This document shows, in pieces, positions 49,337 to 59,241 of a stretch of DNA of 64,000 bases. The DNA comes from an uncultured Flavobacteriales bacterium (GTDB lineage Bacteria; Bacteroidota; Bacteroidia; UBA10329): positions 9,977 through 73,976 of the forward strand of contig CALCGD010000249.1 in NCBI GenBank assembly GCA_937900875.1. The letters run 5' to 3'. How positions within the stretch are numbered: position 1 is the stretch's first letter; the number at the start of each line of letters is the position of its first letter. The position numbers were made by a program, and so were the translations under genes. The notes under the pieces were generated by a model. That model had not been told where the DNA came from, searched no databases, and saw only the letters and a program-made list of their open reading frames with translations.

Positions 49337-50296
49337 ATGAAACCAGAACATAAAGAGTTATATCAAGCACTGGAAGACGCCAAAACCGATTCTATTCGGC
49401 TAACGGCACTCCTTGAGCTTGCATTGGTTTTTAGCAACGAAAACTTTGTGGAAGGATGGAAGTTTTCCAACGAAGCCTTGTTGCTTGCCACAAAACTTCG
49501 TGATGAGCCTGCACGGGCAAAATCATTTGAAGGAATGGCAAGTGCTTCTTGGAAGCTTGCGGAGTACTCGATGAGCCTAGAACATTTTGCAGATGCCTTG
49601 GAAATTTATAGGGCTCAGGACGATGCATATGGCGTTGCTAGGTGCTTTTGTGGTATGGGTATTATTTGCGGCAGCGTGGACGAGTTCATTACCGCTTTAG
49701 AATATTTTGAGGAAGGCTTGGCCGCAAGTAAAGAGGCAGATCGACCGCAACTAACTGCCTCTATTACAGGAAATATTGGGAGCGTATACTTCAATTTTGG
49801 TCAGTACCGACAAGCGATGGATTGTTTTCAGCTGGGGCTTGATTATTACCAAGATTTAAGTCTATTGCCAGGTGCTGCCAACATGCTTTCAGGTATGGCT
49901 GGGGTTCACGTTTTTTTAGCAGAATATCAGTTAGGGCTTGATAAGATAGAGAAGGCGATTGCCATTCATCTCAAGGCCAACCACATTGTGGGTTACGCGG
50001 TGGCTAGAATGAACCGAGGAATTACTTTGCACCGTATGGGAAGAATAACTGAGGCAGAACAAGAATTGTTATCAACCTTAGATTATGCTCGTTCTGTTGA
50101 ATTGAAATCGGCCGAATTTGATATTCTCGCGCATTTGGTTGAATTCTATACTGAACTAGGAAAACCCGATAAGATAGCCTTCTATTCAGAGTTACATGCG
50201 GATGGAATTACAGAAGCAAAAAAGCAGACTCTTAAGATGAAAAACGAGCGACTTAAGCATCGAGCTATTCTTAATTCATACCGAAAAACCAACTAA
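49337..50296 (+). CDS. cytoplasmic tetratricopeptide-repeat protein
   Basis: 319 aa; repeated TPR-like helical pairs; no signal peptide or enzymatic motif. Confidence 0.5.
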   Translation: MKPEHKELYQALEDAKTDSIRLTALLELALVFSNENFVEGWKFSNEALLLATKLRDEPARAKSFEGMASASWKLAEYSMSLEHFADALEIYRAQDDAYGVARCFCGMGIICGSVDEFITALEYFEEGLAASKEADRPQLTASITGNIGSVYFNFGQYRQAMDCFQLGLDYYQDLSLLPGAANMLSGMAGVHVFLAEYQLGLDKIEKAIAIHLKANHIVGYAVARMNRGITLHRMGRITEAEQELLSTLDYARSVELKSAEFDILAHLVEFYTELGKPDKIAFYSELHADGITEAKKQTLKMKNERLKHRAILNSYRKTN

Positions 50297-51451
50297 CTAC
50301 TTGGTGTAAAAGTGCCGTTTGAGACCAAGAATCGGCTTTTCAAAATAATTCCAACTCACATGCGAAATTGGCAGAATAATTAAGAACGCAATTGCTGGTT
50401 TTAAGATTAGAAAAGCCCATACGTTTTCGTCTAATCCAAAGGAGGCTAAAACTCTATTTCCAATTAGAAGCCCTATTTCGTGAAAACAGAACAATCCGTA
50501 GCTAATCACGCCTAGGTATGTCATAACCTTTAGCTTGCCGAACTTGAAAAAGCTATTGTCGCAAAAGTTCTGTTCAAATATGAAGAAAGACAGAATTATG
50601 GCGTAAAACATCTTTTCCAGAATCAGGTTAATTACGCCAGGAAATACCAAGTTGTCGAAGAGCTGATGGTAGAAAATAAGGGACAAGCCAAACGCAAGAT
50701 AAATTCCAATAATCGCATTTCGACTAAGAGATTTGAGCGAATCGTATCCCCAATTTTTATTGAATGAAATGAAGGCAAAAATGGCTCCAAGACAAATATC
50801 TCCAAGTAGAAAAAGTGTATGAAACCAGAGGTTTACATCAGTTTGGTAATAGTAAAATGTGGTAGCTGCAAACAACATCAACAGAATAGCGAATAGCCAT
50901 TTTTCACTCTTTCTGAACACAATTAATAGAAAAGGCCAAAAAATGTAGAATTGCTCTTCTACCGAAACGCTCCACAACACACTAATAATTGGAGAATGTG
51001 TCCATCCATGTTCAATCAGAAAGAAATTACCAACAAATAGAATGAAGTACCACGGGTTGCCAATTTCTTGGTACGGCTCATTTATTAAATCCATAGCAAG
51101 AGGCAAAACAACAAACCCAATAAATAGAACTAGAAAGTAGAGGGGCCAAATTCTTAAAGCTCTTCTGATGTAGTAAAGCCAAGGTTTGAAGGTGCCAGCG
51201 CGTTGCCTTTCCTCTAAAATTACCCATGTATTTATGTAGCTAGAAAGAACAAAAGCAAAGCTAAATCCTGTTTTGCCAAAAATATAAACGTAGTTTTTTA
51301 CCAAACCATATGTGCTAGATTCGGTTACAACACTGCTTTCAGTATCAAGGGCATGTCCAAGAAAAATGAACAAGAATGCAATGAACCGAAGCGCATCAAG
51401 ATTTTTGAAGAAGACTTTTTGTCCCATTGGCGACCCGTAAACACGGTTCAA
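50297..51451 (-). CDS. acyltransferase family 3 (OafA/YrhL-like) membrane protein
   Basis: 384 aa; ten TM helices; N-terminal LDALRFIAFLFIFLGHA motif of acyltransferase_3. Confidence 0.75.
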   Translation of the reverse strand: MNRVYGSPMGQKVFFKNLDALRFIAFLFIFLGHALDTESSVVTESSTYGLVKNYVYIFGKTGFSFAFVLSSYINTWVILEERQRAGTFKPWLYYIRRALRIWPLYFLVLFIGFVVLPLAMDLINEPYQEIGNPWYFILFVGNFFLIEHGWTHSPIISVLWSVSVEEQFYIFWPFLLIVFRKSEKWLFAILLMLFAATTFYYYQTDVNLWFHTLFLLGDICLGAIFAFISFNKNWGYDSLKSLSRNAIIGIYLAFGLSLIFYHQLFDNLVFPGVINLILEKMFYAIILSFFIFEQNFCDNSFFKFGKLKVMTYLGVISYGLFCFHEIGLLIGNRVLASFGLDENVWAFLILKPAIAFLIILPISHVSWNYFEKPILGLKRHFYTK

Positions 51452-51572
51452 TTGCGCAACTTAAGCAGATGCTGATCAAAGCTAAGAACTACCTTCGACA
51501 CAATTTTCAGAAAACGTCTCCGTTCGCGGTGTCGTACGCGGTTAAAAGCTGCATTTTTGATAACTTTAACTC

Positions 51573-52697
51573 TTGCTTTCAAACATGACCAGACTACTTT
51601 TCGTCTTCCTCATACTTTCTGCCTCTTTTATGCTTGGAAATCAGGCATTTGCACAAACACCTAAGTACTCTAATGAATTTTTGGCAATTGGCGTTGGAGC
51701 TCGCGGAATGGGTATGGCCAACAGCATGGTGGCTAGTGTAAATGATGTGACAGGAGGGTATTGGAATCCTGCTGCATTGCCGTTGGCTCAAAGAAAGTGG
51801 CAGGTTTCGCTCATGCACTCAGAGTATTTTGCTGGAATCGCTAAGTACGATTACGCAGCAATTTCAGCACCTATTCTTGATGAACATACTCAAGCGGCTT
51901 TCACTTTTATTCGATTTGGGGTTGATGATATTCCAAATACCACTCAGCTTTTAGATGATGAGGGCAACATAGACTACGATAGAGTTACGGCCTTTACAGC
52001 TGCAGATTATGCTTTTCAGTTTAGTGTTGGTCGAAAAAGCCCCAAAATACCGGGATTGAGATATGGCGGAACTGTTAAAGTCGTGTATCGTCATGTAGGA
52101 AAGTTTGCCAGTTCTTGGGGGTTTGGCTTGGATGGTGGTGTTCAGTATGACCTAGGTAAATGGAAATTCGGTTTAATGGCAAGAGACGTAACTTCTACAT
52201 TCAATGCCTGGAATTTCACTCTAGATGATGAAACCAAAGAAGTTTGGCTTCAAACGGGAAATGAGATTCCTAAAAACTCATTGGAGGTTACGCTTCCAAA
52301 AATGATTTTAGGAGCTGGTCGCAGATTCAATATCTACAAAAAGTTTGGTGTTTATACCGAGTTTAACTTCGATTTTACGTTTGATGGAAAGCGTTCTGTT
52401 CTCATAAAAGGCGACCCAATAAGTATTGAGCCGCATTGGGGAATGGAATTATTTTACTCCGATTTTGTATATGTCCGTTTTGGTGTAACCAACATTCAGG
52501 ACTATACAAATGATGATGGCGATAAAATTTGGACTTGGCAGCCAAATGTTGGTGTAGGAGTCCGAATTAAAGATTTCTATATCGATTATGCTTTAACAGA
52601 TGTAGGAAACCAATCCGTTGCGTTGTTTAGTAATGTATTCTCCCTGCGGGTAGACATACATAAAGACATGTTTAAAAAGAAAGAGAAGATTGAATGA
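51573..52697 (+). CDS. T9SS-associated outer-membrane beta-barrel of the PorV/PorQ (FadL-like) family
   Basis: 374 aa; signal peptide; N-terminal EFLAIGVGARGMGMANSMVA...GGYWNPAAL resembles the FLxIxxxARxxGMG...NPA signature of PorV/PorQ shuttle proteins. The stop overlaps the next start (ATGA at 52694..52697). Confidence 0.5.
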   Translation: MLSNMTRLLFVFLILSASFMLGNQAFAQTPKYSNEFLAIGVGARGMGMANSMVASVNDVTGGYWNPAALPLAQRKWQVSLMHSEYFAGIAKYDYAAISAPILDEHTQAAFTFIRFGVDDIPNTTQLLDDEGNIDYDRVTAFTAADYAFQFSVGRKSPKIPGLRYGGTVKVVYRHVGKFASSWGFGLDGGVQYDLGKWKFGLMARDVTSTFNAWNFTLDDETKEVWLQTGNEIPKNSLEVTLPKMILGAGRRFNIYKKFGVYTEFNFDFTFDGKRSVLIKGDPISIEPHWGMELFYSDFVYVRFGVTNIQDYTNDDGDKIWTWQPNVGVGVRIKDFYIDYALTDVGNQSVALFSNVFSLRVDIHKDMFKKKEKIE

Positions 52698-55600
52698 GGA
52701 AACTTTTACTGATAGCTTTCTTGCTTCAGTCTGTTTTTGCCTTTTCGCAGCCGTATGGTAACGAATGGGTGAATGCCTCTCAACCTCATTTCAAATTTAA
52801 CATACACCAAGAGGGAGTTTATCGCATTAGCTATCAGGTTTTATCCGATGCTTTGGCCGCGCAAGGCCTAAACCTCAATTCCATTGATCCTCGAAATATT
52901 CAAATTTTTGCCCGTGGCGAAGAACAATATCTGTATGTAGGAGGTGAGGCTGATGGGAATTTTGATACCAACGATTTTATTGAATTCTATGCTCGCAAAA
53001 ATGATGGGGTATTAGATACGGAGGTCTATTTCGATAATCCGCTCAATAACGCCAACCCGTACCATAGTCTAATAAACGACACAATTCGGTACTTCCTTAC
53101 TTGGAACAACTCTATTGCCAATGCGAGAATGACGTTGGAATCGGATGTCAATTTTACTGGATACACCCAGTCTTCGTACATATTAAGAGATGAAATAGAC
53201 GAGTTGCACGACACCTATTTTACTGGTCAAAACTACGTGGTAACAGGCAGTCCAAGCCCGATTTATTCTGGTGGAGAAGGTTTTTACGGTTACTATTTTG
53301 ATGCAGGCTGGACTGATAGTTTTTGGAATTTAGGAACTGTGTTTAGAGATGCTTCTGGCCCAGATGCAGAGGTGGAAATTGGAATAGTTGGCGCCTCTTT
53401 CGATGATAAAAACCTTCATATTCAAGGTCCATCTATCAGTTTTGATACGGTAATGGAAAAATACAACGGCTATCGGTTCAATTTCAATGTGCCAACGGCC
53501 TCTCTCGGAGTAAATGCGTCCAACTTCACATTCTCTATGAACAACCCTGTTACTAACGGTTCGTATCGTGCAATTGTTGGTTTTGTAAGAGTACGATACC
53601 CACAAACTCCAAATGTTGGAAACGGACAAACAGCAAAGTTTATCGTTGACGATAACCCAAATTATCCAAGTCAAGCCAAGAGTTATGTTCAGTTGGCTGG
53701 GTATACGCAAGGAACTCCACGACTTTACGACTTAACCAATCATAAACGGATTTCAGTTGGTGGTTCGCCAGGTAGTTACCGCTTTCTAATACCAGACAAC
53801 GGCAGTTTAAAACACTGCTATTTAACCAACGAATCAGGAATTGCATCAAACGCTATTTCTGTTCTTACACCTGCTGGATCAAATGGCTCTGTTTTCTTCA
53901 CGGATTTCGATGCTTTGGACGCAAATACAGACTATTTCGCCATCGGAAATGCTTCTATGTTTGCGGAGGTTCAGCAATACGCGGCTTATCGAAATGTATC
54001 GGGTTATAATGCGATTGCTATAGATGCTGATGAACTCTATAACCAGTTTGGGTGGGGAATAAATAAGCACCCGCTGGCTATTCGAAAATTTGCCAATTGG
54101 GCGTTAGGAAACCTCACCGCCCCTTCGCATATCTTCCTCATAGGCAAATCGGTTTCGTCTCTTTCTGCTCGAAATAATCCCGCTCTTTTTGCAGAGATTA
54201 TGGTGCCAAGTTTTGGTCATCCGCCTAGCGATAATATGCTCACATCATATCTCGGAACGGGAACTTATTTAGAAGAAACAGGAATTCCTGTTGGGAGATT
54301 GGCCGCAAAAAGTGGTGATGACGTGACCGAGTATCTAGATAAGATAATGGAGTACGAAGCGTTGCCGAACAATCTTTGGATGAAACGAATCCTGCACTTT
54401 TCGGGTGGTGGTACGCAAAACGAAGTTGCCCAAATTCGTTCGTTTATGGATTCGTACAAAACCATAATTGAAGACACGCTTTACGGTGCCAGTGTTCAAA
54501 CTTTTCAGAAAACGAGTTCAGAGCCTTTTCAAATTACACAGGTCGATTCTATTACAGATTTGGTTGAGACCGGTGTTCAGTTGATTAATTTCTTTGGACA
54601 TGGGTCAGCCGTTGGTTTCGATGTCAGTATAGATCATCCTTCTCTGTTCAATAATCAAAACGGTAAGTATCCGTTTATGATGGCGAATTCATGTTTTGCA
54701 GGAGATATCCACCAACCCTCAAGTGTTCCAACTTCAATTTCTGAAAACTGGGTACTCGAGCCACAAGGTGGAGCGCTTGGATTTTTAGCTACAATTGGTC
54801 CAGGTAGCAGGTTTTACCTCAATAGTTATTGCACTAATTTCTACCACAGTGTTAGTCATTTAGAGTACTATAACACCATTGGCTGGCAGATTAAGAAAGC
54901 CATTAGAGAAAATGCGCAGCCGTTTAATGACATTACCAAGTTGCACAATCTGGAGTATACGCTCCATGGCGATCCAGCATTAAACATCACCAACAGGGAG
55001 AAACCAGATTTAATGGTTAATCAGCCTGCTATTTGGTTTGAACCGGAAGAGATTACCACCGAGATGGCTGATTTTGAAATGTTTGTGAAGATTACCAATT
55101 TGGGTGCTGCTTTCACAGATTCTTTTGTAGTAGAGATAACTCGACAACTTCCAACCGGACAAATTGATACCACTATCAGTATTATTCATCCGCCTGTTTA
55201 TTACCTAGATACTATGAGTGTATTTATCCCAATCGATTTGATTGATGGATTGGGTATTAATACCATTTGCATTTCGCTCGATAATACGCAAATCATAGAT
55301 GAACTTTCGGAAGTGAACAATGATGTTTGTATTGACGTGAACGTCTTATCTCCAGATATTGTGCCTATTTGGCCATATAAGTTCGCTGTAATTCCAGACC
55401 AAGGTCCAACCTTGAAATGTTCTACAGGTAGCCCTTTTGCACCAGAAAAAACGTATAGGATTGAACTGGATACAACCGATTTATTCAATAGTCCGTTAAT
55501 GCAGTTTACCACCATCACCCAGGGTGGCGGTGTTGTTAATTGGACACCAGGCTTACTTCAAAACATGCCAGATAGTACAGTCTATTTTTGGCGAGCAAGC

Positions 55601-57736
55601 GTTGATTCTGCCACCTACGGTTTTTACAAATGGAGAGAAACTTCCTTTCAGTACATCGTAGATAAGTATGGTTGGGGACAAGCACACTACTTCCAATACA
55701 AGGAAGACGATCACATTAATATGGTTTACAACCGTCCTGAATTAGACTGGGATTTTGTGCAAACCATGAAGCAGTTTAAGATTAACAATTTTGGTAATCC
55801 TACTACGCTGGCTGAGGCGGAAGCCATCAATTTCTTTATAGATAATGGTAGAGAGGAATACCTCGGTTGCACGGGAGGAAACGTGTTTACACCGCAGCTG
55901 CTTACCGCGGTAATGGATGGGTGTACCCTCAAGCCTTGGGAAACTCCCGGAAACGACCCAGAAACGGGTGAGTTTATTCCTGGAGGAGGAGCGCAAGGGC
56001 AGTTAGAACCTTGTAGAACCCGTCCTGAAAAATGGTACCAATGGGCTGCTACCAGCGGTACATCAATGAATAACATGGTTACGTTTTTAGGAAACACAGT
56101 TCCTGATAGCAGCTATATAGGAATAGCCACTTGGCTTAACGTAAACCTTGCTGGGCTACCCGCCAACGTGCTTCAGGTTTTTCACGATTTAGGTGCTACA
56201 GCCATCGATACACTCTCTGGTGTTCCGTATGCGTTTTTCGCGCAAAAAGGAAATCCAGCTTCGGCCATAGAAGTTTTTGGAACCGACATCAACGACTATA
56301 TAAGCCTTACGGCTGATATGACTGGATGTTGGAACAACGGAACAATCACCTCTAAGTACATTGGACCTACATCGCAGTGGAATTCGTTGCATGTTCGTTC
56401 TCACCCCAAGGAAAACCCAACATTAGATAGCATTGGCATCAATGTAATTGGGGTACGCCCGAGTGGTGTAGAAGAGGTGGTTATGACTGGAATTAATGGT
56501 AATAGCACCGATATTCTTGATTTATATAACTCTATTGATGCTGCAGAATTTCCTCGATTAAAACTCAATGCCTACTGTAGTGATGATAGTTCTGCTAGCA
56601 CTCCGCCACAAATGGATAGGTGGCAGGTGTTGTTTGATGGAGTGCCGGAAGCTGCACTAAATCCGCATATAGGCTACCATTTTGAAAGTGATACTATTAA
56701 TGATGGTGAGCTTCTGAAATTCACCGTGGCAATTGAAAATATCAGCGATTTCGATATGGATAGTTTGCTGGTGCATTACTGGATACAGGATGGGCAAGGC
56801 AATCGAAATTACATTCCGTATCCGCGACAGGCGCCTTTGTTGGCTGGAGATATTTTACTCGATACCGTCATAACTGATCCGCTCGATTTCTTAGGAGGAA
56901 ATGTGTTTTGGGTGGAAGTTAACCCGAGAAGACCGGATCAAACTTCGGGCTACGATCAGCTAGAGCAATATCACTTCAATAATCTAGCAAACGTTCAGTT
57001 TTCTGTTTCTGGAGATGATGTAAACCCAATAATGGATGTGACCTTTGATGGTATTCACATTCTTGATGGTGATATCGTTTCTGCCAAACCATTTATTGTG
57101 ATTGAGTTGGATGATGAGAGTCAATTCAGATTGCTAAACGACACCGCAGATTTCCAAGTGTTCTTAAAACAACCGGAATCAGAAGTACTACAAAGGGTTT
57201 GGTTTGAGGGCTTCACTAACATGCAGTTTTATCCAGGTGAAGAACCTACAAACAAGGCACGAATTGAATGGCCAGCTGAGTTTGCTGCCGATGGTGTCTA
57301 CGAACTTTGGGTACAGGGCCACGACAAATCGAACAATGCCTCAGGAGATCAATACTACCGAATAAGTTTCGAGGTAATTAACGAAGCCACCATCAGTAAT
57401 GTGCTCAATTATCCAAACCCGTTCTCAACGTCCACCCATTTCGTATTTACAATTACCGGTTCAGAGCAGCCAGATTATTTCAAAATACAGGTAATGACCA
57501 TCACCGGCAAGGTGGTCAGAGAAATTACCATGGACGAACTGGGCCACATGAATATTGGCCGAAATGTGACCCAATATGCGTGGGATGGAAAAGACACCTA
57601 CGGAGACCAGCTCGCCAATGGCGTTTATCTTTACAGAATGGTCGCCAAATTAGATGGCGCATACATCGAGCATCGCGATAGCGGAGCCGACAGATGGATT
57701 GAAAGTGGTTTTGGCAAGATGATGTTGATTCGCTAA
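52694..57736 (+). CDS. gingipain-like C25 cysteine peptidase with a T9SS type-A C-terminal domain (PorU-like or paralogue)
   Basis: 1680 aa; signal peptide; C25 catalytic dyad context INFFGHGSAVGFD ... 27 aa ... MANSCFAGD; C-terminal type-A sorting domain with YPNPF and GVYLY motifs. Confidence 0.6.
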   Translation: MRKLLLIAFLLQSVFAFSQPYGNEWVNASQPHFKFNIHQEGVYRISYQVLSDALAAQGLNLNSIDPRNIQIFARGEEQYLYVGGEADGNFDTNDFIEFYARKNDGVLDTEVYFDNPLNNANPYHSLINDTIRYFLTWNNSIANARMTLESDVNFTGYTQSSYILRDEIDELHDTYFTGQNYVVTGSPSPIYSGGEGFYGYYFDAGWTDSFWNLGTVFRDASGPDAEVEIGIVGASFDDKNLHIQGPSISFDTVMEKYNGYRFNFNVPTASLGVNASNFTFSMNNPVTNGSYRAIVGFVRVRYPQTPNVGNGQTAKFIVDDNPNYPSQAKSYVQLAGYTQGTPRLYDLTNHKRISVGGSPGSYRFLIPDNGSLKHCYLTNESGIASNAISVLTPAGSNGSVFFTDFDALDANTDYFAIGNASMFAEVQQYAAYRNVSGYNAIAIDADELYNQFGWGINKHPLAIRKFANWALGNLTAPSHIFLIGKSVSSLSARNNPALFAEIMVPSFGHPPSDNMLTSYLGTGTYLEETGIPVGRLAAKSGDDVTEYLDKIMEYEALPNNLWMKRILHFSGGGTQNEVAQIRSFMDSYKTIIEDTLYGASVQTFQKTSSEPFQITQVDSITDLVETGVQLINFFGHGSAVGFDVSIDHPSLFNNQNGKYPFMMANSCFAGDIHQPSSVPTSISENWVLEPQGGALGFLATIGPGSRFYLNSYCTNFYHSVSHLEYYNTIGWQIKKAIRENAQPFNDITKLHNLEYTLHGDPALNITNREKPDLMVNQPAIWFEPEEITTEMADFEMFVKITNLGAAFTDSFVVEITRQLPTGQIDTTISIIHPPVYYLDTMSVFIPIDLIDGLGINTICISLDNTQIIDELSEVNNDVCIDVNVLSPDIVPIWPYKFAVIPDQGPTLKCSTGSPFAPEKTYRIELDTTDLFNSPLMQFTTITQGGGVVNWTPGLLQNMPDSTVYFWRASVDSATYGFYKWRETSFQYIVDKYGWGQAHYFQYKEDDHINMVYNRPELDWDFVQTMKQFKINNFGNPTTLAEAEAINFFIDNGREEYLGCTGGNVFTPQLLTAVMDGCTLKPWETPGNDPETGEFIPGGGAQGQLEPCRTRPEKWYQWAATSGTSMNNMVTFLGNTVPDSSYIGIATWLNVNLAGLPANVLQVFHDLGATAIDTLSGVPYAFFAQKGNPASAIEVFGTDINDYISLTADMTGCWNNGTITSKYIGPTSQWNSLHVRSHPKENPTLDSIGINVIGVRPSGVEEVVMTGINGNSTDILDLYNSIDAAEFPRLKLNAYCSDDSSASTPPQMDRWQVLFDGVPEAALNPHIGYHFESDTINDGELLKFTVAIENISDFDMDSLLVHYWIQDGQGNRNYIPYPRQAPLLAGDILLDTVITDPLDFLGGNVFWVEVNPRRPDQTSGYDQLEQYHFNNLANVQFSVSGDDVNPIMDVTFDGIHILDGDIVSAKPFIVIELDDESQFRLLNDTADFQVFLKQPESEVLQRVWFEGFTNMQFYPGEEPTNKARIEWPAEFAADGVYELWVQGHDKSNNASGDQYYRISFEVINEATISNVLNYPNPFSTSTHFVFTITGSEQPDYFKIQVMTITGKVVREITMDELGHMNIGRNVTQYAWDGKDTYGDQLANGVYLYRMVAKLDGAYIEHRDSGADRWIESGFGKMMLIR

Positions 57737-57780
57737 AGCAGTTCATCACCTCTTTACTTCTCTTCTTCAAACTCAAAACC

Positions 57781-57788
57781 TACCTTTG
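57781..57788 (+). promoter_or_regulatory. candidate -7 box TACCTTTG for lpdA
   Basis: Exact TAnnTTTG match 23 nt upstream of the lpdA ATG. Confidence 0.3.
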
Positions 57789-57810
57789 CGCCCGATAAAA
57801 ACAGCGAAGC

Positions 57811-59211
57811 ATGGCAAAGTATGATGTAACAATAATTGGGTCTGGCCCAGGAGGATACGTAGCAGCAATCAGATGCGCTCAATTAGGAATGAAGGTGGCT
57901 CTTATCGAAAAGTATCCTACGCTTGGTGGTACTTGCTTAAACGTAGGGTGTATTCCGTCAAAAGCGTTACTCGATTCTTCGCATCATTTTCACACTGCAG
58001 AACATTCATTTAAAGAGCACGGAATTGATATTTCAGCACCAAAAGTGAACATCAAACAGATGATTAACCGAAAGGGTGACGTGGTAAAATCCAATGTTGA
58101 TGGTATTGCCTTCTTAATGAAGAAGAACAAGGTTGATGTGTATAAAGGGTTCGGCAGTTTTGAAAACAAAAATAAAATTATCGTTACCCAAAACGGTAAA
58201 ACCGAAACGCTCGATACGGATAAAGTAATCATTGCTACAGGTTCAAAACCATCGTCTTTACCCTTTATTACAATTGATAAAAAGCGCGTAATTACTTCTA
58301 CCGAAGCCTTGAATTTAACCGAAGTTCCAAAGCATTTAATTGTTGTGGGTGGTGGAGTTATTGGTCTTGAGTTAGGTTCTGTTTATGCTCGATTGGGCGC
58401 ACAGGTTTCCGTTGTAGAATACATGGACGGAATTATTCCAACTATGGATAAAACCTTGGGTAAAGAATTACTGAAGGTGTTGAAGAAAGAGGGCATTAAA
58501 TTCTATCTCAGCCATAAAGTAAAAGCAGTTTCGGCAAAAGGTAAAACCGTTACACTTAAGGCGGACGATAAGAAAGGAGCAGAAGTCACTTTAGAAGGAG
58601 ATTACTGCTTGGTTGCTGTTGGTAGAAGAGCTTATACCGATGGCCTTGGCTTAGATAAAGTGGGTGTTCCAACGGACGATAGAGGCAGGGTGGAAGTGGA
58701 TGCAAATCTTCAAACCAAAGTGCCCGGAGTGTATGCTATTGGCGATGTAATTAAAGGAGCTATGCTAGCCCACAAGGCGGAGGAAGAAGGAATATTTGTG
58801 GCAGAAGTTATGGCTGGCCAAAAACCTCATGTAGATTATAATTTGATTCCTGGAGTGGTTTATACTTGGCCAGAAGTTGCAGCTGTTGGTCAAACCGAAG
58901 AGCAGTTGAAAGATGCTGGTGTAGAGTATAAAGTTGGTTCTTTTCCCATGCGTGCTTTAGGTCGTTCTCGCGCCAGCATGGATTTAGATGGGTTGGTGAA
59001 GGTGTTAGCTGATGCCAAAACGGACGAAATTCTAGGAGTTCACATGATTGGAGCACGTGCGGCAGATATGATTGCAGAAGCTGTTGTAGCTATGGAATTC
59101 AGAGCTTCTGCGGAGGATGTTTCTAGAATGTCTCATGCACACCCAACATACACAGAAGCCATTAAAGAAGCCTGTCTAGCAGCTACAGATAACCGTCCAA
59201 TTCATATGTAA
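57811..59211 (+). CDS. lpdA: dihydrolipoyl dehydrogenase
   Basis: 466 aa; FAD motif GSGPGGY; redox-active disulfide GGTCLNVGCIPSK; NAD motif GGGVIGLE; C-terminal dimerisation HAHPT. Confidence 0.9.
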   Translation: MAKYDVTIIGSGPGGYVAAIRCAQLGMKVALIEKYPTLGGTCLNVGCIPSKALLDSSHHFHTAEHSFKEHGIDISAPKVNIKQMINRKGDVVKSNVDGIAFLMKKNKVDVYKGFGSFENKNKIIVTQNGKTETLDTDKVIIATGSKPSSLPFITIDKKRVITSTEALNLTEVPKHLIVVGGGVIGLELGSVYARLGAQVSVVEYMDGIIPTMDKTLGKELLKVLKKEGIKFYLSHKVKAVSAKGKTVTLKADDKKGAEVTLEGDYCLVAVGRRAYTDGLGLDKVGVPTDDRGRVEVDANLQTKVPGVYAIGDVIKGAMLAHKAEEEGIFVAEVMAGQKPHVDYNLIPGVVYTWPEVAAVGQTEEQLKDAGVEYKVGSFPMRALGRSRASMDLDGLVKVLADAKTDEILGVHMIGARAADMIAEAVVAMEFRASAEDVSRMSHAHPTYTEAIKEACLAATDNRPIHM

Positions 59212-59241
59212 ACAATTGGCAACTAAAGCTGTTTCAAATCC

